DNA from: Deltaproteobacteria bacterium
GTDB taxonomy: Bacteria > Desulfobacterota > Syntrophobacteria > BM002
Length of the DNA: 64,000 nt
Assembly (NCBI GenBank): GCA_037384945.1
Contig: JARRNM010000013.1
Span: forward strand, 1,321 to 65,320
Direction of reading: 5' to 3'
Part shown: piece after piece, positions 49,849-59,586 of the stretch
Layout of the letters: each line of letters begins with the position of its first letter
Position numbering within the stretch: position 1 is the stretch's first letter
Made by a program: the position numbers and the translations under genes
The notes under the pieces: generated by a model
The model's input: the letters and a program-made list of their open reading frames with translations, nothing else
The model's database searches: none
Told to the model about the DNA's origin: nothing

Positions 49849-51111
49849 TCACTCCCCTGATTCCAGAGAACTCTTTATCTTTTCAATCTCCTGAGCTAGT
49901 AAGCGTTCAACAATATCAGGCAATCGCTCTTCAACCAGACGGGTCAACACTTCTTCAACCTGACCACTCACCAGGGATGCCAACTCCTCGGCTACATTCG
50001 GGGCGATTTCCTCAGAAATATTCATCTGCTTTTCCTCTTCTGTCTCCCCTTCCAAGTCGGCAACCAACCCTTCGGACTCTTCCTCTACGGCCAGAGCCGA
50101 CGCCGCCGCTACTGTCTCGTCGATAAGGCTGTCCAATTCCCCTTCAAAATCGCTAGCCACGTCTTCAGAACCTTCTTCTCCAGCAGAAGCTGAGGCTTCG
50201 GCTACCTTCTCGTCGAAAGCGCTATCTAATTCCCTGTCAAAATCGGTCACGACTTCAGCTGGAACTTCTTCTTCAATAGCAGGTCTTGTCTCGGAAGTGT
50301 CCCCTTCCTCGCCTACACCTTCAGCCTCCATCTCCAAGTCTGCAAAAATATCTTCGGGCAGCTCTTCCTCCGACACTGGGGCCGCCTCAAAAGCCTCCCC
50401 TTCCTCGCTTACACCTTCAGCCTCCGCCTCCAGATCTGCAAAAAGATCTTCAGGCAGCTCTTCCTCCGACACTGGAGCCGCCTCGGAAGTGTCCCCTTCC
50501 TCGCCTACACCTTCAGCCTCCATCTCCAAGTCTGCAAAAAGATCTCCGCCCGGTTCTCCCTCTGATACTGGGGCCGCCTCAAAAGCCTCCCCTTCCTCGC
50601 TTACACCTTCAGCCTCCGCCTCCAGATCTGCAAAAAGATCTTCGGGCAGCTCTTCCTCCGATACCGGAGCCGCCTCACCAGAAGGACCACTTTCAATTTC
50701 CCCGGGAGAACCAGCGGCCTCCTCTAAGAGCTTAGCAACTTCACTTTCGTGGGAGGCAAAGAGTTCGGCGAGAGCCTCGTCGCTGAAAAGCTCGTCTTCG
50801 GCGATTTCCTCGTCTGCTTCTCCCGCAGCGGCTTCGCTTGTCTCATCCTCATCCCTGAGTGATCCTCCAAGCTCGCTTTCCCTCTCACTCCAAGAATCGC
50901 TCTGGCTATCTCCCTCATCTTCACGAGGTTCCATCATAGAGTCTTGCGAAGGTTCATCCTCCCCAAGCTCCAGTTCCACATCAAAATCTTCCAAGGAAAG
51001 ATCCCTGTCCTCGTTCAATATTTCATCATGGGCAAGGGAATCATCGGATTCCGCACCTTCCCCCTCCAACGGATCAACCAGATCGATGATCTCATCGTCA
51101 AAGTCATCCAA
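49849..51111 (-). CDS. Hyper-acidic tandem-repeat protein (420 aa) with ~30 aa repeats (EELPEDLFADLEAEAEGVSEEGEAFEAAPVS) and a short conserved basic/hydrophobic C-terminus
   Basis: Nucleotide-level tandem repeats at 50290-50690. The opposite-strand Ser-rich ORFs are artefacts. Confidence 0.65.
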   Translation of the reverse strand: MDDFDDEIIDLVDPLEGEGAESDDSLAHDEILNEDRDLSLEDFDVELELGEDEPSQDSMMEPREDEGDSQSDSWSERESELGGSLRDEDETSEAAAGEADEEIAEDELFSDEALAELFASHESEVAKLLEEAAGSPGEIESGPSGEAAPVSEEELPEDLFADLEAEAEGVSEEGEAFEAAPVSEGEPGGDLFADLEMEAEGVGEEGDTSEAAPVSEEELPEDLFADLEAEAEGVSEEGEAFEAAPVSEEELPEDIFADLEMEAEGVGEEGDTSETRPAIEEEVPAEVVTDFDRELDSAFDEKVAEASASAGEEGSEDVASDFEGELDSLIDETVAAASALAVEEESEGLVADLEGETEEEKQMNISEEIAPNVAEELASLVSGQVEEVLTRLVEERLPDIVERLLAQEIEKIKSSLESGE

Positions 51112-51384
51112 TTGGAAATCAAGATCATCTCGTTTGAATTCCGGCTCATGGCTCCGATTTCCAAGTTAATTAGGGATGTTAGCGACTTATAAAACCGTCC
51201 TACGAATAGCACATGCCTTCCAACGCTGTCAAGCGATTTTCCCTCGTGGCTAAATCTCCGTTTACAAACCTACCACCATTGGTTAGACTCAATTGCGACT
51301 CAGCCTGGATGTCTTGGAGGCAAAGAATCCGGGCCCCAGGAGCGGCTTGAAGTCGCATCCAAAGGTCTTTTCTTTATCTGTAAG

Positions 51385-51478
51385 TCTCCTGGAGTGATGG
51401 AGCAGTGGAGCAAGGAGTAATGAAAGAACTGGTTCAAGTTGCATGTGGGTTTTCGGCTTTTCCCAGTACTCCATCGCT
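51385..51478. repeat. Family A element (CTGGAGTGATGGAGCAGTGGAGCAAGGAGTAATG ... CCAGTACTCCATCGCTC)
   Basis: GGAGTAATG / ACTCCAT termini as in 17072-17210. Confidence 0.45.
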
Positions 51479-51524
51479 CTAACTCATAACATTCAGCACA
51501 AGGACGCATCGAGATACTTATGCC

Positions 51525-52604
51525 ATGCGGATCGTTAGCCGCTACATTAGCCTGGAGCTCGCCAAGATAATTGCAATTTGTCTGGGTGCGTTTATCGCCA
51601 TATATTTGGTTATTGATTTCTTTGAACGCATAGATGATTTCCTAGAGGCTAAACTCCCCCTTTCCCTTGCCTTACATTTCTTTATGTTGAAACTCCCACT
51701 CGTCATTCAGCAAGGCATCCCTATGTCAGTTTTGATGGGTACCCTTATTACCCTCGGATTGATGGTTTGGAGCAACGAACTCCTGGTATTGAAGGCCAGT
51801 GGAATCGGCCCTGTTCTTGTCGTGGGACCGATAGTTGCTCTCGCCCTGCTGGCGAGTACTTTAGACTTCGCTCTATCCGAATATCTAGTTCCTCTAACCA
51901 GCACCCGGGCAAACTACATCTGGAATGTTCGGGTAATGAATCGGCCGTCACCAACTAGCTTTGCAGAAGAGAAAGTCTGGTACAAAAGCGGGCGGACAAT
52001 CTATAACATTCGTGTGCTAAACGCCAATCGTGGACTGCTCGAGGGAGTTACCATACACATCCTCGATGGTAATTTTCGATTGACCGAGAGACTTGACGCA
52101 AGAAGGGGCGAGTGGGATGGAAAGTCCTGGATATTCTCGGACGGTATTTTCATCCACCGGACAGCCGATGGCAATTTCGCCGCAGAACATTTTCAAAGTC
52201 GACGCTTAGCTTTAAAGGAGCGTCCCCAGGACTTCCAACACCTTGAAAAGTCCTCTGAAGAGATGACTCTGGCCGAACTTGCCCGTTATGTTACCGAAAT
52301 AGAAAGTGAGGGTTACGACGCCACCCGCTATCGAGTGGATTTTCACGGTCGAATCGCTTTCCCCTTCACTTCCTTAATTATGGCGCTTTTGGGAATTGGC
52401 GTTGCTCTCTATCAAGGGAAAAGGGGTGGCATCGCAGTGGGAGTTGCCGCCAGCGTTGCTCTGGCTTTCGTATACTTTCTCATGTTTCAGTTCATGCTGT
52501 CCGTTGGTTACACCGGTAACCTGCAGCCCGTGCTGGCCGCCTGGATGCCCAATATCTTATTCGGCATTGCGAGCGTGTATATATTTTCCCAGGCTATGCA
52601 TTAG
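51525..52604 (+). CDS. LptF/LptG-family lipopolysaccharide export permease (YjgP/YjgQ)
   Basis: N-terminus MRIVSRYISLELAKIIAICLGAFIAIYLVIDFFERIDDF and six TM helices. Confidence 0.85.
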   Translation: MRIVSRYISLELAKIIAICLGAFIAIYLVIDFFERIDDFLEAKLPLSLALHFFMLKLPLVIQQGIPMSVLMGTLITLGLMVWSNELLVLKASGIGPVLVVGPIVALALLASTLDFALSEYLVPLTSTRANYIWNVRVMNRPSPTSFAEEKVWYKSGRTIYNIRVLNANRGLLEGVTIHILDGNFRLTERLDARRGEWDGKSWIFSDGIFIHRTADGNFAAEHFQSRRLALKERPQDFQHLEKSSEEMTLAELARYVTEIESEGYDATRYRVDFHGRIAFPFTSLIMALLGIGVALYQGKRGGIAVGVAASVALAFVYFLMFQFMLSVGYTGNLQPVLAAWMPNILFGIASVYIFSQAMH

Positions 52605-52745
52605 ATGGGACGGCATGGATCATAGAGCATAGGGCAAAGAGCATGGAGCAAGAGGTTTCAGCTGGAAGCAGGCAACGGGCAGCTGGCAGAAAACAGTGTA
52701 GAGACGACAGACGACAGAGGACAGATGACGGAGGACAGGGGGATG
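52605..52745. repeat. Family B low-complexity module (CATAGAGCATAGGGCAAAGAGCATGGAGCAAGAGG...CAGCTGGCAG...GACGACAGACGACAGAGGACAGATGACGGAGGACAGGGGGATGGGC)
   Basis: Reverse complement of the GTCGTCTGTCGTCTG / CTATGCTCCATGCTCT modules of 1360-1540. Confidence 0.5.
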
Positions 52746-52761
52746 GGCAAGTTTTCTCCAT

Positions 52762-53257
52762 GAAATACATGGATCTCATGGTGTTACTTCCGATTTTTCT
52801 GTTTCTAAGTTGTGCCAGTCACCAGATTTCTACACGAGAGTATAATGATATTAAGGCAACTAAGACCTGGTATCTTTGTTTGTCGGGTGAAATGGAAATA
52901 TTCGAAAAGGCCTTGGATAGTGAAGAAGTGGGTGAGATAAAATCGAGAAAGTCTGTACTATTAAGGTGCGATGTTCAATTACTTGACGCCATAGCTAGTA
53001 GTCTGGTTAATAAACACAAAATTGAAATTGTAAAAAAGCCAAATTCTACTTCTGGTTATATTCGTATCGAGTCTTTATGCCGATGGGAACAATACATAAG
53101 TGCCGATATTAATATTTATGGGCCGAAACAAAATCTCTTAGCTAAAGTAAAGGTTAAGAACGGAGAAGATTTTTTTGTAAAAAATGATGAAGAATTTGCT
53201 GAATATTGCGCTGACATCATTGCGGGAATTGTCTTAGGTCCATGGAGAAAGGAATAG
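52762..53257 (+). CDS. Low-GC predicted lipoprotein (~165 aa). The start is trimmed to the Met preceding the signal/lipobox FLFLSC.
   Basis: Signal peptide MKYMDLMVLLPIFLFLSCAS. Strikingly AT-rich relative to its surroundings. Confidence 0.6.
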
Positions 53258-53274
53258 AGGCAACCACGGTTCTT

Positions 53275-53640
53275 TTAGGAGGCACCGCTCGCCTCTAGAG
53301 CCATTTGAATCTTCTTTTTTAGTTCAGTCAGATCGAAAGATTTCACCACATAAAAATCGGCGGCAATGGATTTCATGTCCTCCTTAAAGGTGTCGTAGGC
53401 AGTGGAGAGTATAACCGGCAAATCGTAGAACTTGTTACGGATATCCTGCAATAAATCCAAACCGTTGTAGTCCACCATCTTTATATCAAGGACGACCAAA
53501 TCAGGCTTTTCCTGTTCAATCCGTTCCAGTAATCGATGCCCCCCTTCTGCCGTTATAACGTCGTACCCTTCTTCTTTAAGCTCCTCGGAGTAGAGCAACC
53601 TGATGTGCTCTTCATCATCAACAACTAGTATCTTGGCCAT
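53275..53640 (-). CDS. Single-domain response regulator (CheY-like receiver)
   Basis: MAKILVVDDEE...DLVVLDIKM with the phospho-acceptor Asp context. Confidence 0.85.
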   Translation of the reverse strand: MAKILVVDDEEHIRLLYSEELKEEGYDVITAEGGHRLLERIEQEKPDLVVLDIKMVDYNGLDLLQDIRNKFYDLPVILSTAYDTFKEDMKSIAADFYVVKSFDLTELKKKIQMALEASGAS

Positions 53641-53693
53641 AATTTAATCCTCCAAACTGCCTGAGCAGTTCTTGAATCGAGCGGTTAATCTAT

Positions 53694-54911
53694 TTATTGA
53701 GCGTTTAGCCACTGATTGAGCAAATAAGGCTTGGCCTCCTCGAATATCATACATTCGTTTTCGATGTATTCCTCTGCCTGCTGGATGGACATTCTTTCGG
53801 TTTTCTTGATCAACGACAGCGTCTTACCAACAAAGAGAGGCAATAGTGATTTCAGCAGCACATCCCTTCCCACCACTTCATTCTTATAGGCCACCGAGCA
53901 ACTATAAAGTAGGCGAGCCCAGATTTCCGAAGGAAAGCTAAAATGCGCCTGAGGCAGCTCCTTGATTTCCCCCAGCTTATTATTGATGTTGTTTGGCAAA
54001 AAGGTTTCCCATAAGTCTTTATATTGGCTAAAGCCCTCAACAAAAGCTCGGTGAAGTTCGTCCTGCAAGATCTCAATTGGTGGGGGCGTTTCTACTTCAC
54101 CCATGCCGAAACCGTATATTGCCGTGGGCTTACTCCACTTTACTCTTTCCCAGACATCCTGAAAACGGATCATCAGATCAAGAACGGTACCCACCACTTG
54201 AGAGAAAGTCGGCTCAGAGGCAACACCATTTCCGTTATTCTGGGAGACTCTCGGTTTACCTACAAAGGCCTGACAGATTGGGACGCCTTGACACATGGCT
54301 AGAGTGGTCATCCAGATATCAACCCCATATTGAGCCACTCGATCATTCCAGCTGGGATGGTTGAGATAAGTCTCAGCCATCACTGCATCAAAGGCAAAAT
54401 CGCCACCGATGGGCTGCCGCACCCGGCGACCATAGAGAGCTCGTGTCATCGGATAAACTATGCCGTTTGCCATGGCATCATTGTACTTGTGCCTCACGTA
54501 CAATGGGGCTACAAAACCGAATCCGGCGAAAATGGGCTCTCCGAGGTTTTTGATCCACATGGGAGTAATACTCTCCACCCCTGCGTCCACTGCTATCACC
54601 GCTTGCGCCTGTAGTTCAACTGCCTTGGCTGTAAGATTTCTTAGGTTATAGCCTCGCCCGACCACTCCCGGGGGTGTTGACAGGTATATTAGAAATGCTT
54701 CTTTGGTTCCATCCTCGGAGTGATTATCGCAATTGATAATCACCGAACTTTTCTCACCAAAATGATCTACGAGACCTTTGGCAGCTTGCTCAGTTGACAG
54801 GGCGATGTTCCCTGCATTGGTATGAGAGGATAAGCCGACAACCAGGTCAGCCCGTTCCACTTTTCCGGGATTTTCCTCGTATGCTAGCATATTTGTACTT
54901 TCCCCAGGCAT
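53694..54911 (-). CDS. GT-A-fold glycosyltransferase (GT2/GT81-like; possibly a glycosyl-glycerate/phosphoglycerate synthase type)
   Basis: ADLVVGLSSHTNAGNI, then VIINCDNHSEDGTKE (the DxxSxDxT-type motif of GT-A enzymes) and AVIAVDAGVES (DxD-like). Confidence 0.5.
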   Translation of the reverse strand: MPGESTNMLAYEENPGKVERADLVVGLSSHTNAGNIALSTEQAAKGLVDHFGEKSSVIINCDNHSEDGTKEAFLIYLSTPPGVVGRGYNLRNLTAKAVELQAQAVIAVDAGVESITPMWIKNLGEPIFAGFGFVAPLYVRHKYNDAMANGIVYPMTRALYGRRVRQPIGGDFAFDAVMAETYLNHPSWNDRVAQYGVDIWMTTLAMCQGVPICQAFVGKPRVSQNNGNGVASEPTFSQVVGTVLDLMIRFQDVWERVKWSKPTAIYGFGMGEVETPPPIEILQDELHRAFVEGFSQYKDLWETFLPNNINNKLGEIKELPQAHFSFPSEIWARLLYSCSVAYKNEVVGRDVLLKSLLPLFVGKTLSLIKKTERMSIQQAEEYIENECMIFEEAKPYLLNQWLNAQ

Positions 54912-55082
54912 CGTATTTAATCCAAAAATATAGTAATTACAGATTATTGCCTTGGCTTTGACTATTTACACTATCAGAGATAAAAAGTAAACTGTTTTTC
55001 CCTGCGACTTGACCACCCAACCGGCAAAATCGACCTCAGCTTTTCCAGCAGCGCATATTCTGCTTATCCTTCACCATGTTTT

Positions 55083-55255
55083 CACTCTTCCCACTCCCCA
55101 CACAACCACTCGAGGTTTCCTAGGAGTTCAGCATATTCCTCGGGGTTCTCCCGGCAAATCTTAAGTATGTCCCTGCATTCCTCCTGAACTCTGTGGAAGT
55201 CCTCGATCAATTTCGCTGCCCCTTCCGTCATTTGGTCTTTGCAGTCCCTCTTCAT
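55083..55255 (-). CDS. Hypothetical small Cys-containing protein (57 aa)
   Basis: Hand-translated MKRDCKDQMTEGAAKLIEDFHRVQEECRDILKICRENPEEYAELLGNLEWLCGEWEE. Below the ORF-track cutoff. Confidence 0.25.
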
Positions 55256-55763
55256 CTCTTTAACATAGTTACTTTCAAGGGGTTAAACTAGCCCGGATGT
55301 TTCATGAATTCACACCCTGGCGTGACTGCGACCGTGGGTTTGGCCGCCCTTCCGGGCATACTTCTTGCCTAGTATATCTTTAGAATCGCCCAGATCGACC
55401 TAAAAAAGCAACACAATTCCAATTAGTTGTATAAGTTTGTCCAATGTTGGTTTTTTGTTACCCACAAGGGGACACTAGGAGAGTAGTTTGATGATACCCT
55501 CGCCAACACCGAAAGATATGACTGTGATGATTTTCCTGGCTATTGCCTGGTGGCTATTTTTGGTGGGGATGGTCTTTTGAATTTGCCATTCCCTATCATG
55601 ATCGTGGTTTTTTAACTTGACAGAGGGAACCTTGTTTATGTTAAGCTGCATTCACTGCGCTGTTTGGTTTTTCTCTTCCTGGGGCTTGCCTTTTGCCTCA
55701 ACAATAGCCCTATTTGTCTAACCCACCTGCATAACCATAAGTTGTGTTACCCCAGAGAAAAAC

Positions 55764-56210
55764 ATGGCATTGGTAAAATTATTACGCCCTGTACTTTGGG
55801 CAAGGAGGGATCCATCAATGAGTGCAAAAAGAATTGTAATCATCGATGATGATCCGGAAATTTGTGATGCCTTGAGCCAAATTCTCTCCCAGTATGGCTA
55901 TGAGGTTTTCACCGCTCTGGATACAAGCAAAGGCTACCAGCTTTTTGTCGACACTCGACCGGATCTGCTCATCCTAGACATCATGATGGAAACCATGGAT
56001 GAGGGGCTAAACTTTGCCACCGAAATCAAAAAGAACGATGGTGTTTTCGGAGTGCCCATACTCATTGTTTCTGCCAGGCCACCGGCGGAAAAGGGATACG
56101 GCCGATCCCTGGATGAGGATTTGGACTGGATTCATGCGGATATCTTCATGGAAAAGCCCATCGAGCCTGAAGAACTTATCCACAATGTGAAACTTCTAGT
56201 TAAAGACTAG
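55764..56210 (+). CDS. Single-domain response regulator (receiver)
   Basis: RIVIIDDDPEI...DLLILDIMME...PILIVSA. Confidence 0.8.
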   Translation: MALVKLLRPVLWARRDPSMSAKRIVIIDDDPEICDALSQILSQYGYEVFTALDTSKGYQLFVDTRPDLLILDIMMETMDEGLNFATEIKKNDGVFGVPILIVSARPPAEKGYGRSLDEDLDWIHADIFMEKPIEPEELIHNVKLLVKD

Positions 56211-56547
56211 TGTCGCCGGATCGGTCTGCCCTCACTTCCAACCGACTTCCATCTGTTTGTCGTCCTGTCGCCCTTGGGGGTATTGAGTCGCAAAAGAACC
56301 CTTCCCCCTTTATCTCTACTCCCTGAACTTACTTACGCTATGGCAAGATAGTCGGGTTGACTTTTCAGCTCCAACCCGTATATTTCCCCGAGTAAAGCAT
56401 CCCTCCCGACGCCGGGAGGGCTTTGATCCATGAGCCGACCCGAAACCGTGGCGCCCCATAGGGGGCTCACAGCAGCAAAGGTCAGTGCAATGTCCGTTTC
56501 AAAATCCCCCCACCTTCCCTTTAGTAAAGGGGGATAAAGGAGGATTT

Positions 56548-56595
56548 ATGTCTCAGCCAGACATTCCTCAAATCCATTCAGATATTATCAATTGA
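56548..56595 (+). other. 15-codon upstream ORF (MSQPDIPQIHSDIIN) with a perfect SD AAAGGAGGA. Candidate leader peptide.
   Basis: RBS 56535-56543 and ATG 56548. Preceded by several stem-loops (CGGGTTG...CAACCCG, CCCTCCCG...CGGGAGGG) and followed by a terminator. Confidence 0.35.
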
Positions 56596-56615
56596 TAAGC
56601 AAAGCTAAACTATAC

Positions 56616-56640
56616 CACCTGCATAGCAGGTGGGTTTTGA
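56616..56640 (+). terminator. Rho-independent terminator/attenuator hairpin CCACCTGC-ATA-GCAGGTGG + GTTTTGA
   Basis: Perfect 8-bp stem plus a U-rich tail. About 40 nt upstream of the 124-aa ORF start. Confidence 0.5.
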
Positions 56641-56681
56641 AACTACTAAGCTCTTTGTAGGAAGCAGCAAAGGTGGCATAA

Positions 56682-57056
56682 ATGACTAGCGAAGAAAGAG
56701 AAAAAATTGGAGCCGAACTGGAAGAAAGACACGGCGAGGCCATAAGGGTGTTTAGCAAAGAAGTTTACCAAATAGAACCCAGGGCAATCGGCATGGCCGT
56801 TACCTATTTTGATTGTGGCTGTGTTTTGTTGCGCGCCTTCGATGAGAGCGCGGACATTACTGGTGACCCTGGGGTTATCGAGAGTGCGGGATCCTGCAAG
56901 ATCGACCATGGCGAGGCCTTAAAACATGGTTCTGAGGCTGGAGCCTACCAGGCCATTTTTTGGAAAGACGGCCATGAGGAATTCGACCGTAAATACGGTA
57001 ACCAACAAAGGGTAATTATTGCCAGGAAACTATTCCCTCCCCAAGAAGAGGAATAA
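56682..57056 (+). CDS. Hypothetical protein (124 aa)
   Basis: ORF with an RBS. No recognisable motif. Confidence 0.45.
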   Translation: MTSEEREKIGAELEERHGEAIRVFSKEVYQIEPRAIGMAVTYFDCGCVLLRAFDESADITGDPGVIESAGSCKIDHGEALKHGSEAGAYQAIFWKDGHEEFDRKYGNQQRVIIARKLFPPQEEE

Positions 57057-57084
57057 ACAAACCAGGCCCAGAGGATTTAGCTCT

Positions 57085-57170
57085 GAGCTGACACCACTGT
57101 GGGCTTTGGGTCTCAGGTTTCAGGTGTCAGGTTTCAGAAATGAAAGACCTGAACACTGAAACCTCGCTCT
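57085..57170. repeat. Hairpin module GGTCTCAGGTTTCAGGTGTCAGGTTTCAG ... CCTGAACACTGAAACC
   Basis: Homologous to 59640-59720 and 39005-39060. Confidence 0.5.
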
Positions 57171-57202
57171 CTAGTATTTGAAATTCGTTCTGGAGGATCA
57201 CC

Positions 57203-57898
57203 TTGAACGCCCAGCACTTTGGCCCTCACCTTTGTCAGCCAGAGAAACGAAAGTCATGTGCCTGGTGTTGCGGACTATATAATAGCTACCACAGGAGTAG
57301 AGCTGAACTGGTCCGTGGACTAAAAGCCAGAACCGAGGAGTTCGCCAGAACTGAGAGAACTGTGGAGGCTATTCTCCATTTCTCCGATAGGAACAGAGTC
57401 AAAAAAGAATCCCAGCTCTTCGATCCCGATTTCTACTCTTGTGAGTTCGTCGGCTTCTTAAATCAAGAAGAAACCCTGGTGGGCTGCATGCTCCACCCCC
57501 TTGCCCGCGGAAATGGTGGCGCAGACTGGCGTGGCCTCTCTTTTCACGGAGCTATGGCGTGCCAGGGCTTCTACTGCCGCTCTTACCGGGAGCTGAGCCC
57601 ATTTTCAAAAGAAATCATCCTCTCTACTGTGAATGACTGGTATCTTTACGGATTGCTGATCGGCAACGTTGACTATATTCATAGCTTCTTCCGGCTGGTC
57701 GAAGAAAATTCCCTCGATCCTGCCACACTTTTAACGGCCCCCGCTTTAAAGTTACTGGAGGAATTCTTTATTTCTCTCGACCCCTTGGATCAAAAGTTCG
57801 TGAGTCCGTCCGCCAAAATTCGCTCTCTCTCCGAGGGTAAGAGAGCTGAAGAGAAGCTTAAGCTGCTCTTCTCCCGTTTGAGAAAAGTTTTTTCGTAG
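57203..57898 (+). CDS. YkgJ/CxxCxxCC-family putative Fe-S/Zn-binding protein
   Basis: N-terminal CQPEKRKSCAWCCG cluster plus additional conserved Cys (YSCEF, GCMLHP, ACQGFYC). Confidence 0.5.
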   Translation: MNAQHFGPHLCQPEKRKSCAWCCGLYNSYHRSRAELVRGLKARTEEFARTERTVEAILHFSDRNRVKKESQLFDPDFYSCEFVGFLNQEETLVGCMLHPLARGNGGADWRGLSFHGAMACQGFYCRSYRELSPFSKEIILSTVNDWYLYGLLIGNVDYIHSFFRLVEENSLDPATLLTAPALKLLEEFFISLDPLDQKFVSPSAKIRSLSEGKRAEEKLKLLFSRLRKVFS

Positions 57899-58023
57899 CA
57901 GGAAGAATTCCATCGTTGGTTGCGGCTGGTCGGGAAGTTAGTGAAGCCTTGCGAACCCCGAAACAGTGCTTATTTTGCATATATGATTGCTGATTATCTC
58001 CTCACTCTTCCTCGGAAAACGAT

Positions 58024-58434
58024 ATGAAAAAAAGCGTACTCTTTATCTGTTATGGTAACGCCTGCCGAAGCATCATGGGTGAAGCTCTGACCAGGTACCA
58101 CTGGAATGACGCCCTGGAGGCGGCTTCCGCCGGATTGAGTGCTTTGGGCTATGTGCCTGAAGAAACAACATCCGTTCTTGAGGAGATGGGGGTCTCCACC
58201 CATGATCTTTATTCCAAAGGATTGTCCGAGGTGGAGCTCGACAGTTTTGACCTGATTGTGGATTTCCTGGGGTATCCCTTGGAAAACCTTATGCCTCCAG
58301 GTTTCAAGGGCAAAATAGTTCATTGGCAGGTAATGGATCCTTTTTCGGAAAGTTTGGAGTCCTTCAGGCAGACAAGGGACACCATTCAGTGGCTGGTGAC
58401 TGAGCAGCTTCCTAAGTGGGTTGACGGGGAATGA
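58024..58434 (+). CDS. Low-molecular-weight protein tyrosine phosphatase / ArsC-LMWP family
   Basis: P-loop VLFICYGNACRS (CX5R-S). Confidence 0.8.
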   Translation: MKKSVLFICYGNACRSIMGEALTRYHWNDALEAASAGLSALGYVPEETTSVLEEMGVSTHDLYSKGLSEVELDSFDLIVDFLGYPLENLMPPGFKGKIVHWQVMDPFSESLESFRQTRDTIQWLVTEQLPKWVDGE

Positions 58435-58615
58435 GCTGGATTTGCGCTCAGCCCCATCTCACATTTCACCATAGTCTTCTCTCATTACTCGTTGTACATT
58501 TGAAGATCAAACAATTACTTGAAAATTTACTGCAATGAAAAAATGATAAATGCGCGATGAGAAATGATAAATGACGCTGTGCGCTATGCACCAAGCTCTA
58601 GGCTAGTGGAAAATC

Positions 58616-59425
58616 ATGAAAGACTATTATAAACTTCTTGAAGTGGACCGCCATGCTTCTGATGAGCAGATTCGCAAGTCTTATCGAAAATTAGCCCTTA
58701 AGTACCACCCGGACCGTAACCCAGGTAATCCAAGAGCAGAGGAACATTTCAAGGAGATTGCTGAAGCCTATGGCGTTCTCATTGACCCTGCCAAGCGCTC
58801 CGAGTACGATCGGTGGCTCGGAACCGGGGCTCAGGAGAGGAGGACTGGCGGAGGCTTTCACTATTCTCGGGAGGAAATTTTTCAGGATCTTTTCAAGGAT
58901 CCAAGATTCAGCCGTGTTTTCCAAGATCTTTTCAGTGAGTTTGAAAAAGCCGGCTTCCGTTTCGATCAAAAATTTTTTGATCAAACCTTTTTTGGCGGCC
59001 GTGGAGTATTTTTTGGCACCTTTTTCCTTTGGGGTCCCTTTGGTTTTCGTCGAATGAAAATAGGAAGACCTCAACAGGGCTCCAAGCTTGTGCGGTTCGG
59101 GACTCGACAAACTCAGCCTTTTGGATTGTTAAAGCGCTTGGGAAAGAAAATTGGTAACTTACTCCTGGGAAGCCAGAAAGAACTGCCGGCAGGAAGACAA
59201 AACACTACCCTTAGACCTCAAGATCTCACCTATAATCTTACCATTCCTACTACAGAGGCCGAGCGCGGCACCTGGGTAACAATCTCCATCGATCGGGGAC
59301 GAGGACAGGAAAAGTTAAAGGTAAAAATACCACCTGGGACTCACTCTGGACGCCGATTGCGCCTCAAAGGCAAAGGAAGGGCCGATGGGAACGGCGACCT
59401 CTACCTCACTGTTAATCTGGATTAG
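58616..59425 (+). CDS. J-domain protein (CbpA/DnaJ-like, without the zinc-finger region)
   Basis: J domain with HPD ([10 protein letters not shown]), and C-terminal DnaJ_C-like GDLYLTVNL. Confidence 0.8.
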   Translation: MKDYYKLLEVDRHASDEQIRKSYRKLALKYHPDRNPGNPRAEEHFKEIAEAYGVLIDPAKRSEYDRWLGTGAQERRTGGGFHYSREEIFQDLFKDPRFSRVFQDLFSEFEKAGFRFDQKFFDQTFFGGRGVFFGTFFLWGPFGFRRMKIGRPQQGSKLVRFGTRQTQPFGLLKRLGKKIGNLLLGSQKELPAGRQNTTLRPQDLTYNLTIPTTEAERGTWVTISIDRGRGQEKLKVKIPPGTHSGRRLRLKGKGRADGNGDLYLTVNLD

Positions 59426-59586
59426 CCCGGAGACTTTTGGAGTGGAAAAACAGCAGTTATTTGTTGATTTTAGAACATTCCCTTCCGATTTAGGATTGCG
59501 GATTTATGGATCAAGTAAAGAATCCGACTCCTGAGGACCAGGTTTCGGGCATCCCCGGAACTGGTCTATCCTCGTGAGGGACTCTG

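Noticed and set aside
50297-51169. 290-aa Ser-rich and 149-aa Pro-rich plus-strand ORFs
   Set aside because: Mirror artefacts of the minus-strand acidic repeat protein 49849..51111, for the same reason as above.
56330-56560. RNase P RNA, SRP RNA or 6S RNA in the structured region upstream of the uORF
   Set aside because: None of the conserved RNase P (GGAAAGTCCGG, ACAGAAACCCGGCTTA) or SRP (GGTGCTGTTTACCAGG) motifs are present. Kept only as an unclassified structured leader.
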